The notes: generated by a model from the sequence alone, not told the origin. DNA of 64,000 nucleotides from Flavobacteriales bacterium (GCA_035325445.1 DAOKZW010000011.1:39815-103814); one strand, 5' to 3'; shown: positions 9,892-20,234, counted from the stretch's first letter. Numbers and translations are program-made.

Positions 9892-10866
9892 TCAAAGGGG
9901 CACTACCTCGAACGTGGGCGACCCCTTCAGGCCCTGGTCGTCGTAGTAGTCCACGAAGTGCAGCTTGTAGAAGTACCCGCTGCGGCTTTGCACGATGTAC
10001 ACTTGGTCGCTGTACACCTCGTATAGGCCAGTGTCGAAGGAATAGTCCTTCCAGTCGTAGCCGATGATGTCCTGGTCCAAGCTGAACGGATGGGCCAGTG
10101 TATCATCCAAGGTAACCTCGGCAAAGTTGCCCGAGAGCTGGGCCACCCGCGCGCCACTGTATCCGTTGAGCGTGCCGGTGACCAGATAAGCCTGGTAGGG
10201 GTCGGGTGGCCGGAACTGCTCCGTGTACTGGGTGAACACCAGATCATAATCCCCTATTGGCGGGGCAATGTGCACCACTTCCCCTGCGGCGAGGCTGAAG
10301 TGGGTGTAAGGCCTGGCGGGGTCTTTCTGCACCACATGCTCCCGGATGTTGGTGCCGTCCATGTTGGCTGTCCGGAAGGTGAAGCTTGTGGCGGAGGCCT
10401 CGATGATCTGGATCTTGCGCAGGCCGATGGGCATGGCCGAGGTATTGTATCCCATGTCCAGGATGCAGATGGGGCTGCCTTGTCGCCAATCGCCCAAGGC
10501 CACGCTATCGGGCCTCCCATCGGGCAGGTCGATCTTCCAGGTATTGCCGAAGCCCACGGTATCGGTGGGCTCGTTCATGGCGGCGCTGCTGCGGTGTGCC
10601 CGCATGAGGCGCGAGTAGTTCAGGCGCACCTGCCATCCGTCCGGGGCACTCTCAAAGGCGAGGTCCCAATCCATCTTGCTGTTCTGGCGCACCACACTGT
10701 ACGTGGCCAGGTCGAACCAAAGCTGCAGGTCGTAGTTGGGCCCCACGTGGGCCACGCATTCCACGGCCCCTCCCCGCGGTTGGCGCGGCACGGGCAGTTC
10801 GTCCTTCATGCACCCTGCCAGCGCCATGGCAAGCGCGGCCATGCTGCATACTGCTGTCCTCTTCAT
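9892..10866 (-). CDS. HmuY-like lipoprotein (putative haem-binding)
   Basis: Lipobox (ALAMALAGC). HmuY-like landmarks (MDWDLAFES...VRLN; GYFYKLHFVDYY). A 4-nt ATGA overlap joins it to the upstream TonB receptor. Start trimmed to ATG at 10866. Confidence 0.55.
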   Translation of the reverse strand: MKRTAVCSMAALAMALAGCMKDELPVPRQPRGGAVECVAHVGPNYDLQLWFDLATYSVVRQNSKMDWDLAFESAPDGWQVRLNYSRLMRAHRSSAAMNEPTDTVGFGNTWKIDLPDGRPDSVALGDWRQGSPICILDMGYNTSAMPIGLRKIQIIEASATSFTFRTANMDGTNIREHVVQKDPARPYTHFSLAAGEVVHIAPPIGDYDLVFTQYTEQFRPPDPYQAYLVTGTLNGYSGARVAQLSGNFAEVTLDDTLAHPFSLDQDIIGYDWKDYSFDTGLYEVYSDQVYIVQSRSGYFYKLHFVDYYDDQGLKGSPTFEVVPL

Positions 10867-13142
10867 GGCTGGTATTCCTTGGGTTTCCCTTTCAGGTCCA
10901 ATGCCAGGCGCAGGAAGAAGGTACGCCCGGTGGCCAAGGGCACGCTTCCGCTTCCCGGCCCGCTGTGCGCGCCTCCTCCGCTGATGGTGGCCTCGATGTT
11001 GGTGATATTGGCGATGTTCTTGCACCCGGCCTGCACGGCGAGCCTTTGGCCCCATACCTGTTTGGATACCGATGCGTCCACCATGAGGTACGGGGCGATG
11101 TGGCCCCGGGTAAGGCTATCGTCCGAAAGGGCGATGTAGCTCTGCTGCTCACCTTGGTACTTGGCGAAGAGGTTGATGCTCCACCCCTGCTTGCGCCAGT
11201 GCCTCGTGGCTTGCAGGTTCACTTGGGGCGAGAACTCGTAGACATTTTGGCCATCCTGCATGGCCAGGGTATCGCGCCTGCCGGTAATGGCCGTTCCTCC
11301 GCCGATGGTCCAATGTCCGGATTCCCAGGAAGCGCCCAGGCTTCCTCCCAAGGTTCGGAACTCGCCGATATTGGTGTAGGTGTACAGCAGGTTGCCCTCA
11401 TCCACGAGGGAGATCATGTTGCGCACGCGATCGTGGAATCCGGTGACCTCCCCCCGCAACACCCCGCGCTGCCGTGCTTTCCGGTAGTTGAGGGAAAGGG
11501 AATAGTTGTTGGATGATTCGGCCAGCAGCCCGGGATTGCCATGGATGTCGTGGTTGACGTCCACGAAATACAGGTGCAGTTCCTTGAGTGAAGGCGCCCT
11601 GAATCCTTGTGCCCACGATGCCCTCAGGGTGAAGGCCGTATCCAGCTGCAGGCGCATGTCCAACGAGGGAACGAGGGGGGCCCTGTACTGTGTGTTGCGG
11701 GCATAGCGCAACCCGGGCCTGACGACGAGTCGTTGCACGGGGTTCCATTGCGCGCTGGCGAATGCCGCATAATCGCCGATGGCCTGTTCGCTTCCATCGG
11801 CTATACGCGCCCCCACGGCTGTTTCCTGGTTGAGGTCGAGGCCGGCCTCGTAGGCCAGTCGCGTGCTATCGGCATGGCTGGCCCATGTTCCCCGAAAGTT
11901 GGTGAGCGCGAACCGGGAATTGTCATCCTCTCCCGGCACGGGCTTCCCTTCCAAGGTGGTGAGGTCGCGCAGCCACATGTCCCGCGTACGCTGGTAGCGG
12001 TCATGTGCGAAGAGGAAATTGGCCTGTCCCTTGGCCAATTTGCCTTGTGCGAAGAGCGCATTATCGATCCTTTGGGTATTGAATTCGGAGTCGAAGGCGG
12101 ATTCGAGGTAGGGTGCCCGCGGCCTCCCCCGGTCCACGATTCGGTCCTTCATCAGTTCGCCCTTGTAGCTCAGCGTCCATCGTTCGTTGATCTCGTACCG
12201 GTAGTTGAGCCTTCCGAAATACTGTTCCCTGGGCTTCCACTTCTGGTATCGGCCGGTGTCGGCCTCGTGGGTGGCAAAGTCGTACGTGGCGGGCTGCCCG
12301 GGCGTCCACCCTCCGAAGAAGTTGCGCCCCAAGCTGACGAGCAGGTCGTTGCTCCCGAATTTTTTCCCTGCGGCCACGGACAGGTTGAGGCGGCCCAGCT
12401 GTTCGGCGTAAGCAATGGCCTTAAGTGACGAGGATCCGCCTGCACTCTTTCGCGTGATGAGGTTGATGGTACCGGCGAGGGCGTTGGTGCCGTAGTTCAC
12501 GCTCAGGGGTCCTTCGAGGATCTCCACCCGATCGATGCCGGTGAGGTCGATCTGCGAGAGGTCCAGGTTTCCGTCCTGCCTGCCGATCACGGGCACTCCG
12601 TCCACGAGGATCTTCACATTCTCGCCCCCCAGGCCGCGCATGCTGAGGGAAGTTCCCAGCATATTGTCCTGCGCCAGGCGCATGTTGAGTTCCTGCCCCA
12701 GCACATCGCCCAGGTTTTGGGCGGCCATGCGTTGGATCTGCTCGGCATTCACCACGTGCATGCGCTGCACCGCCTTGTCCGCCGTGGTGGGGCGGTACTG
12801 GCCTGTAACCACCAGTTCGTCCAGGTTGAAGGCTTGGGCACGCTTGAGCAGGTAGGTGCGCGCCACGGCCGTCCGCAGGGTGTCCAGTACGGGCTCATAC
12901 CCGATGAAGTCGATCCGGATGGCCACTCCTTGGGCGGCCTCATGTGTTCCCCAAGGCACGGTGCATTCACCGGCGGGCCCGGCCACCGCAACACCCTTGG
13001 CCCCTCCATGGAGGGTATTCCAGAGCACATGGGCGTATGGGACAGGTTCCCGTGTGCCGCCATCGCGCACGATGATGGCCACTTGTGCCTGCCCGGCCAC
13101 GGTGGCCATCAGGGTGGTCAATACGAGCAAGGTCTGCCTCAT
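10863..13142 (-). CDS. TonB-dependent receptor (HmuR-like position)
   Basis: Signal peptide, CarboxypepD_reg-like N-domain and plug (DELVVTG...NLGDVLGQELNMR...VKILVDGVPVIGR...IDRVEILEGPLSVNYGTNALAGTINLITRK), then a long barrel. Start trimmed to ATG at 13142. Confidence 0.85.
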   Translation of the reverse strand: MRQTLLVLTTLMATVAGQAQVAIIVRDGGTREPVPYAHVLWNTLHGGAKGVAVAGPAGECTVPWGTHEAAQGVAIRIDFIGYEPVLDTLRTAVARTYLLKRAQAFNLDELVVTGQYRPTTADKAVQRMHVVNAEQIQRMAAQNLGDVLGQELNMRLAQDNMLGTSLSMRGLGGENVKILVDGVPVIGRQDGNLDLSQIDLTGIDRVEILEGPLSVNYGTNALAGTINLITRKSAGGSSSLKAIAYAEQLGRLNLSVAAGKKFGSNDLLVSLGRNFFGGWTPGQPATYDFATHEADTGRYQKWKPREQYFGRLNYRYEINERWTLSYKGELMKDRIVDRGRPRAPYLESAFDSEFNTQRIDNALFAQGKLAKGQANFLFAHDRYQRTRDMWLRDLTTLEGKPVPGEDDNSRFALTNFRGTWASHADSTRLAYEAGLDLNQETAVGARIADGSEQAIGDYAAFASAQWNPVQRLVVRPGLRYARNTQYRAPLVPSLDMRLQLDTAFTLRASWAQGFRAPSLKELHLYFVDVNHDIHGNPGLLAESSNNYSLSLNYRKARQRGVLRGEVTGFHDRVRNMISLVDEGNLLYTYTNIGEFRTLGGSLGASWESGHWTIGGGTAITGRRDTLAMQDGQNVYEFSPQVNLQATRHWRKQGWSINLFAKYQGEQQSYIALSDDSLTRGHIAPYLMVDASVSKQVWGQRLAVQAGCKNIANITNIEATISGGGAHSGPGSGSVPLATGRTFFLRLALDLKGKPKEYQP

Positions 13143-13258
13143 GGGCGCGTGTCGTGGGCGGGCGGCGAAATTCAAAAGAAGCCCCTTTCCCCTTGTCACG
13201 GACATGCAACGGCTGCCGTGGCGCAAGGGGCGTCTTCGCGGCCCATGCCTATTCCGTC

Positions 13259-14497
13259 TTACTTGATCACCAGCTTTCCGGTGGCGATGCCTTTGGCCGA
13301 TTCAATCCGCATGATGTACACCCCGGCCGCCAGCCCGGACACATCGATAGTGCTGCGGGTCAGGCCTTGCAGGCCGGCGAGGTCCTTTGCCAATACTTGG
13401 GTCCCCGCGCCATTGTACACGTGCAGGAGGCCCTTGCCGTCGGGCAGGTCGAGCACCAGTTGCACTTGCCCTGCCGAGGCGGGGTTGGGATAGGCCAGCA
13501 CGGTGGCCGCGGCCGTTTCTTCCCGGATGCCGACCGCGCTCACCAGTTCCTTGGTGAAGCTCATGTTGCCGTTGGCGCTTCCACCATAACCCGTGAAGAT
13601 GATCTTCCAAATGTTGCCGGGCCGGTCCTTCACGAAGTAGGTGGTATCTGAGGCGATGACATAGCTGACCGCCTCAAAATCGTAGCGCTTCCAGTCGGCA
13701 CCCAACGTATTGATCTGGCTGCTGAACGGGGCGGTGGTCCAGGCGGCATCATCCGTGGGCACGCCGTTCACCTGCAGGGCCGTAACCAGCCTATTCTGGA
13801 GCACGCCTGCCACATTGTACGGGGTGGGCACGAAGTCCGTGTACTTGGTGAACAGCAGGTCCCAGCTGGAGCTGGCGGGCTCCCTGTCCATGGATGCGTC
13901 GGTCGTCATGGACCAGTAGGCGAAGTTCTTTCCGGCGAAGGCGGTTTTGTTCACTGCGGCATCCACTTCCGCCGTTCCATCGAGGTTGGCATAGGTGAAG
14001 CTGAACACTCCGTTGATCACGGAATTGATGCGGAGTTTCTTCCAGGTTTCGTCTTGGAATTCAATTGCGTAGACCTTATTGCCGAGCATCTGATGGTTGA
14101 TGGGGTTATACACGCCCCAACCCACATTGAGCCCTTCCGGCAGGTCCATGTCGTTGCCATGGTTCAGCGCCCCCATGTCCCACCGTTCCGGGTCGTTGTC
14201 CACCCGGGTCCAAGCCTCGGGATCGGGCACGGTCAGTGTGGCCCATTCGGCCGGGGCCACGGTTGTTTCATACGCTACAAGCCCTTTGGCCGTATTCACG
14301 CGCACGCCGGCCGTAAGCCCCGTCAATTCAAATGCCAGGTCCCATTCGCTCAATGGTGCCGCGCCGACCTCCCCATTCAACAGGCTATACCAGATCTGCT
14401 CTGCGTTGCCCCCGCCGGTGGAGACGGTCACGGGTGTTTGGGCCATGGTGATGTGGAAGCAGCCGGCCGCTGCCAGGAAGAGGAATGCTTTTTTCAT
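13259..14497 (-). CDS. HmuY-like domain protein with T9SS C-terminal sorting domain
   Basis: Signal peptide (MKKAFLFLAAAGCFHITMAQ). HmuY-like landmarks (SEWDLAFELTG...VRVN; GNIWKIIFTGYGG). T9SS tail (AYPNPASAGQVQLVL...GVYIMRIESAKGIATGKLVIK). Confidence 0.6.
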   Translation of the reverse strand: MKKAFLFLAAAGCFHITMAQTPVTVSTGGGNAEQIWYSLLNGEVGAAPLSEWDLAFELTGLTAGVRVNTAKGLVAYETTVAPAEWATLTVPDPEAWTRVDNDPERWDMGALNHGNDMDLPEGLNVGWGVYNPINHQMLGNKVYAIEFQDETWKKLRINSVINGVFSFTYANLDGTAEVDAAVNKTAFAGKNFAYWSMTTDASMDREPASSSWDLLFTKYTDFVPTPYNVAGVLQNRLVTALQVNGVPTDDAAWTTAPFSSQINTLGADWKRYDFEAVSYVIASDTTYFVKDRPGNIWKIIFTGYGGSANGNMSFTKELVSAVGIREETAAATVLAYPNPASAGQVQLVLDLPDGKGLLHVYNGAGTQVLAKDLAGLQGLTRSTIDVSGLAAGVYIMRIESAKGIATGKLVIK

Positions 14498-14690
14498 GGG
14501 GCACAAAAGACTGGCTGCCTGAAAAAGTCCGGGTCATGGAATTGTCGTTTATCCCCCGGTTCCGCCATGCTCGTGCCATAAAATACCGCGATCGCGGTAG
14601 CGCCGGCGGCCCGGCCGCAATTCGCAAGAGCTGTGAATGCCCTCCATCCCCTCCGCGTCGTGCTGTAACATTGCGATAGCTTGTCGATCC

Positions 14691-16022
14691 ATGCGCAGAC
14701 GCACCCTCGGCATCTTGGTCCTGCTGGCCACATTGAGCTTGGCGGGCGTGGTCATCACCCAAGTGGTGTGGTTGAAGCGCGCCCAGCAATACGAGCAGGC
14801 CCAGCTCACGCTGCAGGAACAACAACAGCAACAGATCGACAAACAGTTCAATGACCGGGTCGTGATCGCCTTGACGGATGTGACCGAGCGGATCCTGTCC
14901 ATCACCAAAGACCCCAGCGACCTGTTTGACGCGGTGAAACAGGAGCGGCCCAACTACTTCCTGGTCACCATCAACGACACGATCCACCCCTACTTGCTCG
15001 AAGCATTGCTGCGGCAGGAGTTCGTGCGGCGCAACATCAACGAGGACTTCGAGTATGGCATTTACGACTGTTTCACGGACAGCATCGTGTACGGCAACTA
15101 CGTAAGCCTGGGGGACAGCCTGCACGCCGACACGGCCCGGCACAGCCAATTGCTGAAGCTGGACAAGGACGGGCACTACTTCGGCGTGTACTTCCCCCGC
15201 CGCGAAAGCGCATCCTGGTCCCCGTCGAACAAAGGCACCATCAACTGGATCTACCCGGCGGTGGTGGCCTTCATCATGTTCTCCTTCTTTGTGTACAGCC
15301 TGTGGGTGATCATCCGGCAGAAACGCCTGGACGAGATGAAGGACGACTTCATCGGCAACATGACCCATGAGCTGAAAACCCCGATCAGCACCATAGGTCT
15401 CAGCAGCGAAGTGCTTTCGGACCCCGCGATCGTTTCGGAGCCTGCCCGCCTGCAGCACTACGCCCGCATCATCCGCACGGAAAACGAACGGCTGCGCAAG
15501 CAGGTTGAGCGGGTCCTTCAACTGGCCGGGCGCGAGCGTGGCGGGCGCCTGGAGATGGAAGCGGTGGACCTGCACGAACTGGTCCGCGAGACCGTGGACT
15601 CCTTTGAGGTCCTGTTGCACGAACGCTCGGGCCACTGCACCCTTGGCCTCCAGGCAGGGGAAACCGTGATCCAAGGAGACCGCGCGCACTTGGGCAGCGT
15701 GCTGTACAATTTGCTGGACAACGCCGTGAAATACTCCAAGGCCCCCCCCGACGTTCATATTGCATCCCGCTCGGATGGGCGGCGCATTTGGATATCGGTT
15801 TCCGACAAGGGGATCGGCATGCGCAAGGAAGACATGCGAAATATCTTCGACCGGTTTTTCCGTATCCACACGGGCAACGTGCACGACGTGAAGGGCTTCG
15901 GCCTGGGGCTCCACTACGTGGCCGAAACGGTACGCGCCCACCATGGGAAAGTGAAAGTGGAAAGCACGCTGGGCCATGGCAGCACCTTCACCTTGGAGTT
16001 TCCCTTGTTCAATACAGCTTGA
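14691..16022 (+). CDS. Sensor histidine kinase (HisKA + HATPase_c)
   Basis: Two TM segments. H-box FIGNMTHELKTPIS. N/G boxes (LLDNAVKYS, DKGIGM, GFGLGLHYV). Start trimmed to ATG at 14691. Confidence 0.88.
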   Translation: MRRRTLGILVLLATLSLAGVVITQVVWLKRAQQYEQAQLTLQEQQQQQIDKQFNDRVVIALTDVTERILSITKDPSDLFDAVKQERPNYFLVTINDTIHPYLLEALLRQEFVRRNINEDFEYGIYDCFTDSIVYGNYVSLGDSLHADTARHSQLLKLDKDGHYFGVYFPRRESASWSPSNKGTINWIYPAVVAFIMFSFFVYSLWVIIRQKRLDEMKDDFIGNMTHELKTPISTIGLSSEVLSDPAIVSEPARLQHYARIIRTENERLRKQVERVLQLAGRERGGRLEMEAVDLHELVRETVDSFEVLLHERSGHCTLGLQAGETVIQGDRAHLGSVLYNLLDNAVKYSKAPPDVHIASRSDGRRIWISVSDKGIGMRKEDMRNIFDRFFRIHTGNVHDVKGFGLGLHYVAETVRAHHGKVKVESTLGHGSTFTLEFPLFNTA

Positions 16023-16027
16023 ACCAC

Positions 16028-16756
16028 ATGACCAACAGCAAACAAACCCCGGGAAGCGAGGCCAAGGCCACCCTTCTCCTGGTGGAGGATGACGAGAATC
16101 TCGGGTTCGTGGTACAGGACGCATTGGGCCGGCACGGCTATGCGGTCCATCTGTTCCGCGACGGGAAGGAAGGCCTGCTGCACTTCAACAGGAACCATTA
16201 CGACCTGTGCCTATTGGATGTCATGCTTCCGCAAAAGGACGGGCTGAGCCTGGCGGAGGACATCCGTGTGACCAACAGCCAGGTACCGATCATCTTCCTT
16301 ACGGCCAAGGGACAGGCCGAAGACCGCATTGCGGGCTTCAAGGCAGGCGGCGATGACTACATCACCAAGCCGTTCAGCATCGAGGAGCTGGTCTTGCGCA
16401 TTGAGGCCATTCTGCGCCGCACCATGGAGAACGGCATCGAAACAGCGGACCGCGACATCTTCAAGCTCGGCGCCTTCACGTTCGACGACCGCAACAAGGT
16501 GCTTATCCATCCGCAGGAGGAGCGTCGCTTGACGAAGAAGGAAGCCGCCGTGCTTCGGTTGCTGAGCCAGCAACAAGACCAGGTGCTGCCCCGCGAACTG
16601 CTGTTGAACATGGTTTGGGGCGACGACAGTTATTTCCTGGGCCGCAGCCTGGACGTGTTCATCAGCCGCTTGCGCAAATACCTGCGGCACGACCCCCGGG
16701 TACGGATCGTGAATGTCCACGGTGTCGGGTTCAAGATGCAGGTGGACCCTGCTTGA
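16028..16756 (+). CDS. Response regulator, OmpR/PhoB family
   Basis: REC domain (LLLVEDDENLG...DLCLLDVMLPQKDG...LTAKG) plus a winged-helix output domain (LTKKEAAVLRLL...RKYL...IVNVHGVGFKM). It starts 5 nt after the kinase stop. Confidence 0.9.
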   Translation: MTNSKQTPGSEAKATLLLVEDDENLGFVVQDALGRHGYAVHLFRDGKEGLLHFNRNHYDLCLLDVMLPQKDGLSLAEDIRVTNSQVPIIFLTAKGQAEDRIAGFKAGGDDYITKPFSIEELVLRIEAILRRTMENGIETADRDIFKLGAFTFDDRNKVLIHPQEERRLTKKEAAVLRLLSQQQDQVLPRELLLNMVWGDDSYFLGRSLDVFISRLRKYLRHDPRVRIVNVHGVGFKMQVDPA

Positions 16757-16773
16757 CCGGACCCCGCCCGCCT

Positions 16774-16798
16774 AAAAACGGCAGCGACGCCCGTTTTT
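16774..16798. terminator. Possible bidirectional terminator between convergent genes
   Basis: AAAAACGG-N9-CCGTTTTT, an 8-bp stem flanked by A and T runs. The stem is weak, with only 3 GC pairs. Confidence 0.4.
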
Positions 16799-16837
16799 CA
16801 ACGTGCGCCGCCACCGTTCCCTACCCTGTGGGCTGGC

Positions 16838-17293
16838 TCAGCCTGCGCCGAGCAATCTCTTCACCATGGCGGCCACGGCAGCCCCTTCCGCGCGGCCGGC
16901 GACTTTCTCATTCACCTCCTTCATGGCGCGCCCCATATCCTTCATGGATGTGGCGCCCATGGCCTTCAACGTTTCCTTGACCAACGCTTCGAGCGCCGCC
17001 TCGTCCATCCTTTCGGGGAGATACCCTTCCAGGATGCGCGCCTGTGCCTCCTCTTCCGTGGCCAGGTCCTCGCGCCCCTGTTGGTGGTAGATCTCCGCCG
17101 CCTCGGCACGTTGCTTGTGCAGCTTTTGGAGGATGCGCTGTGCGGCCTCTTGGCTCACCTCGTGTGAACCGCCCTCCTTGGTCAGCTCCAGCAGCAGGGC
17201 GCTCTTGATGGCCCTGAGCACGTTCAGGCGATCCTTGTCGCGGGCGAGCATGGCGGCCTTGATATCCGCATCGATGCGCTGCTGCAGTTCCAT
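16838..17293 (-). CDS. GatB/YqeY domain protein
   Basis: MELQQRIDADIKAAMLARDKDRLNVLRAIKSALL...ILEGYLPERMDEAALEALV... is typical of the YqeY family. Confidence 0.85.
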   Translation of the reverse strand: MELQQRIDADIKAAMLARDKDRLNVLRAIKSALLLELTKEGGSHEVSQEAAQRILQKLHKQRAEAAEIYHQQGREDLATEEEAQARILEGYLPERMDEAALEALVKETLKAMGATSMKDMGRAMKEVNEKVAGRAEGAAVAAMVKRLLGAG

Positions 17294-17302
17294 TGCTCTT
17301 GC

Positions 17303-18901
17303 TCAGTCCACGTTATCGTGCAGGAACGGGTTGTTCCGGCGGAGCTCCACCTGCCGCTCGCCCATCTCATTCGTTGACTCGCTGAGGGTATATCGGCTCA
17401 CGTTGCTGTCCGTGCTGTGTGGTGCATCGTTGAGGACCACGTTACGGCGCTTGTAGGCCGGTTCCTGCTCCATTTGCACCAACCCGCCCGGGGTACGCAT
17501 GCGCATGCTCACTTCCCGCATCTGCATCAGCCGGTTCTCGGAGCGCTGCTGCTGCTCCGCCGGCGAGATGTGCGTGCCGTGCTGCTGCGCGGCCGCCAGG
17601 TCATGGATGTCATTGGCGGCCTCCTCATCAACCAAGGGATAGACCACCTTTTCCTCCACCACCGGCGGCGGCGGCCTCCGCTCCACACGGGGCTCCGGGG
17701 CGCGCTCCATGTTGGCGTGGTTTTCCTCGAACAGGGATTTGTGCTGGTTCGGCACCGGCGGTTCCGATGCTTTCAGATAAGGCTCATTGGCCACCGGTTT
17801 TGCGGCCACCTCCTGCGCCATGGCTCCTTGCAGGGGGTTGGTCATGGGCACGGTGATCGGCGCGGTGATCATGGTGGGCAGGTCGCTATCCAGCCTGGTG
17901 ACCTTTTTCTCGGGCAGTTTCTGCTCCAAGGTGGCCGAGACCTCATTCTGGCTGAACCCCGTTGCGATCAAAGTGATCCGGATCTTGTCGGCCAGCGCTT
18001 CATCGGTGCAGTAGCCCCAGATCACGTCTGCGGTGCTGCCCGCTGCGTCCTGGATGTACTCGGTGACCTCGTTCATCTCGTCCATGGAGATGTTCTGCGA
18101 ACCCAATGCGATGTTCAGCAGCACATACTTGGCTCCTTGGATGTTGTTATCGTTCAGCAAGGGCGATGCCAGCGCCTCTTCGGCCGCGCGGATGGCCCTG
18201 TTCTCACCTTCGGCTTCGCCCATGCCCATAATGGCCACGCCGCTTCCGGTCATCACGGTGCGGACGTCCTCAAAATCCACGTTCACCTTACCGGTCTTGG
18301 TGATGATCTCGGCGATTCCCCTTGCGGCGGTGGTGAGCACATTGTCCGCATGGGCAAAGGCCTGGTCGATGGCGAGGTTTCCATACAGGTCCCTGAGGCG
18401 GTCGTTGTTGATCACCAGGAGTGTGTCCACGGCCTGCCTCATTTCCTCGACGCCTTCGCTGGCCTGGGTTTTGCGGCGGCGCCCCTCCCACTGGAACGGC
18501 ATGGTAACAATGCCCACGGTGAGGATGCCCAGGTCCCTGGCCGCCCTGGCCACCACCGGTGCGGCCCCAGTGCCTGTACCTCCGCCCATGCCGGCGGTAA
18601 CGAAGAGCATCTTGGTGCGTGTTCCGAGCAGTTCGCGGATCTCCTCGATGTTCTCCTGCGCGGCCATCGACCCCCTTTCGGGTATGCTGCCTGCGCCGAG
18701 GCCCTCGGTGAGTGCGGTTCCGATCTGCAGTTTCACGGGGATCGGGCTTTCGTCCAGCGCTTGCTTGTCGGTGTTGCAAATGATGAAATCCACGCCTTGG
18801 ATTCCTTGGGTGTACATGTGGTTCACGGCATTGCTGCCGCCACCCCCCACGCCGATCACCTTAATGATGGAGGAGAGCTCGTTGGGAAGGTCGAATTTCA
18901 T
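17303..18901 (-). CDS. ftsZ: Cell division protein FtsZ
   Basis: IKVIGVGGGGSNAVNHM, GMGGGTGTGAAPVVA, a long disordered linker and a conserved C-terminal peptide NNPFLHDNVD. Confidence 0.97.
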   Translation of the reverse strand: MKFDLPNELSSIIKVIGVGGGGSNAVNHMYTQGIQGVDFIICNTDKQALDESPIPVKLQIGTALTEGLGAGSIPERGSMAAQENIEEIRELLGTRTKMLFVTAGMGGGTGTGAAPVVARAARDLGILTVGIVTMPFQWEGRRRKTQASEGVEEMRQAVDTLLVINNDRLRDLYGNLAIDQAFAHADNVLTTAARGIAEIITKTGKVNVDFEDVRTVMTGSGVAIMGMGEAEGENRAIRAAEEALASPLLNDNNIQGAKYVLLNIALGSQNISMDEMNEVTEYIQDAAGSTADVIWGYCTDEALADKIRITLIATGFSQNEVSATLEQKLPEKKVTRLDSDLPTMITAPITVPMTNPLQGAMAQEVAAKPVANEPYLKASEPPVPNQHKSLFEENHANMERAPEPRVERRPPPPVVEEKVVYPLVDEEAANDIHDLAAAQQHGTHISPAEQQQRSENRLMQMREVSMRMRTPGGLVQMEQEPAYKRRNVVLNDAPHSTDSNVSRYTLSESTNEMGERQVELRRNNPFLHDNVD

Positions 18902-18947
18902 TGGGAAATGGTTTACAGGGTTCGGGTGTTCGGGAAAGGTCTTTTGC

Positions 18948-20234
18948 TCAGGCTTCGTCGTCGCTGAAGAATTCGAATGCTCCCTTCTTGACGCTGTCGA
19001 AGAAGGCTCCCACGCGGGAAGGCTTGCTGTGGGTGATCACCTTGGTGGCGGCCTGCTTCTCCTTGTTCTGCCTGTTCTCGAGGTGCTCGAATCCGCGCAG
19101 CACCAGGCCCACGCCGGTGGCGTACAGGGGGCTGGTCACGGCCTCCACCTTGCTTTGGCCGAGGTGCTCGTTGGGGTATCCGATGCGGGTGCTCATGCCG
19201 GTGACGTACTCGGTAAGCTGCCTGAGATGCTTGAGCTGGGCGCCGCCCCCGGTGAGCACGATACCCCCGCTGAGCTGCTTCTCCAGCCCGCTGTTCTTAA
19301 TCTCGAAGTACACATGCTCCAAGATCTCCTCCATGCGGCTTTGGATGATGTTGGCCAGGTTCTTCAGGCTGATCTCCTTGGGGTCGCGTCCCTTGAGGCC
19401 GGGTATGCACACCACCTCATTCTCCTTGTTCTCGGAGGCGAGGGCGCTCCCGAACCTGTTTTTCAGCAGTTCGGCCTGGTCGCGGAGGATGGCGCAGCCC
19501 ATTTTGATATCCTCCGTGATGACGTTCCCGCCGAAGGGGATCACGGCGGTATGGCGGATGACCTGATCGTTGAAGATGGCGATATCGGTGGTTCCTCCGC
19601 CGATGTCGACCAACACCACGCCGGCCTCCTTTTCCTCGGCGCAAAGCACCGCTTCGGCACTGGCCAGCGGTTCGAGGATCATTTCGGCCACGTTGAGGTT
19701 GGCCCGTGCCACGCACTTGGTGATGTTCCGTGCCGCGGTCACCTGGCCGATGATGATGTGGAAATTGGCCTCCAGTCGCACGCCGCTCATGCCGATGGGG
19801 TCCTTGATGCCCTGCTCGCTGTCCACCATGTACTCCTGCGGGAGCACGTGGATGATCTCCTCGCCGGGTGTCATGGCCAGCTTGTACATGTCGTCGATCA
19901 GCTGGTCGATATCCTCTTGGCGGACCTCCTCCTCCAGGCTCTTCCTGGTGATCAATCCCCGGTGGTGCATGCTGCGTATGTGTTGTCCGGCGATGCCCAC
20001 GTTCACGGTGGATATTTCCACCCCGGCGCTGTCTTCCGCCTCTTGGACGGCCGCCTTGATGCTGTCCACGGTGCGCTGGATATTGGTGACCACGCCCCGC
20101 GCCACACCATCGCTCCGGCTTTTGCCCATGCCCATGATCTCGAGCTTTCCCTGCTCGTTCTTCCGTCCCACGATGCAGGCGATCTTGGTGGTTCCGATAT
20201 CCAGTCCGGCTACTATTTCTTCGTTGTGCGCCAT
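18948..20234 (-). CDS. ftsA: Cell division protein FtsA
   Basis: Actin-like ATPase motifs (VAGLDIGTTKIACIVG, VLVDIGGGTTDIAIF, GIVLTGGGAQL). It sits between ftsQ and ftsZ. Confidence 0.95.
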   Translation of the reverse strand: MAHNEEIVAGLDIGTTKIACIVGRKNEQGKLEIMGMGKSRSDGVARGVVTNIQRTVDSIKAAVQEAEDSAGVEISTVNVGIAGQHIRSMHHRGLITRKSLEEEVRQEDIDQLIDDMYKLAMTPGEEIIHVLPQEYMVDSEQGIKDPIGMSGVRLEANFHIIIGQVTAARNITKCVARANLNVAEMILEPLASAEAVLCAEEKEAGVVLVDIGGGTTDIAIFNDQVIRHTAVIPFGGNVITEDIKMGCAILRDQAELLKNRFGSALASENKENEVVCIPGLKGRDPKEISLKNLANIIQSRMEEILEHVYFEIKNSGLEKQLSGGIVLTGGGAQLKHLRQLTEYVTGMSTRIGYPNEHLGQSKVEAVTSPLYATGVGLVLRGFEHLENRQNKEKQAATKVITHSKPSRVGAFFDSVKKGAFEFFSDDEA

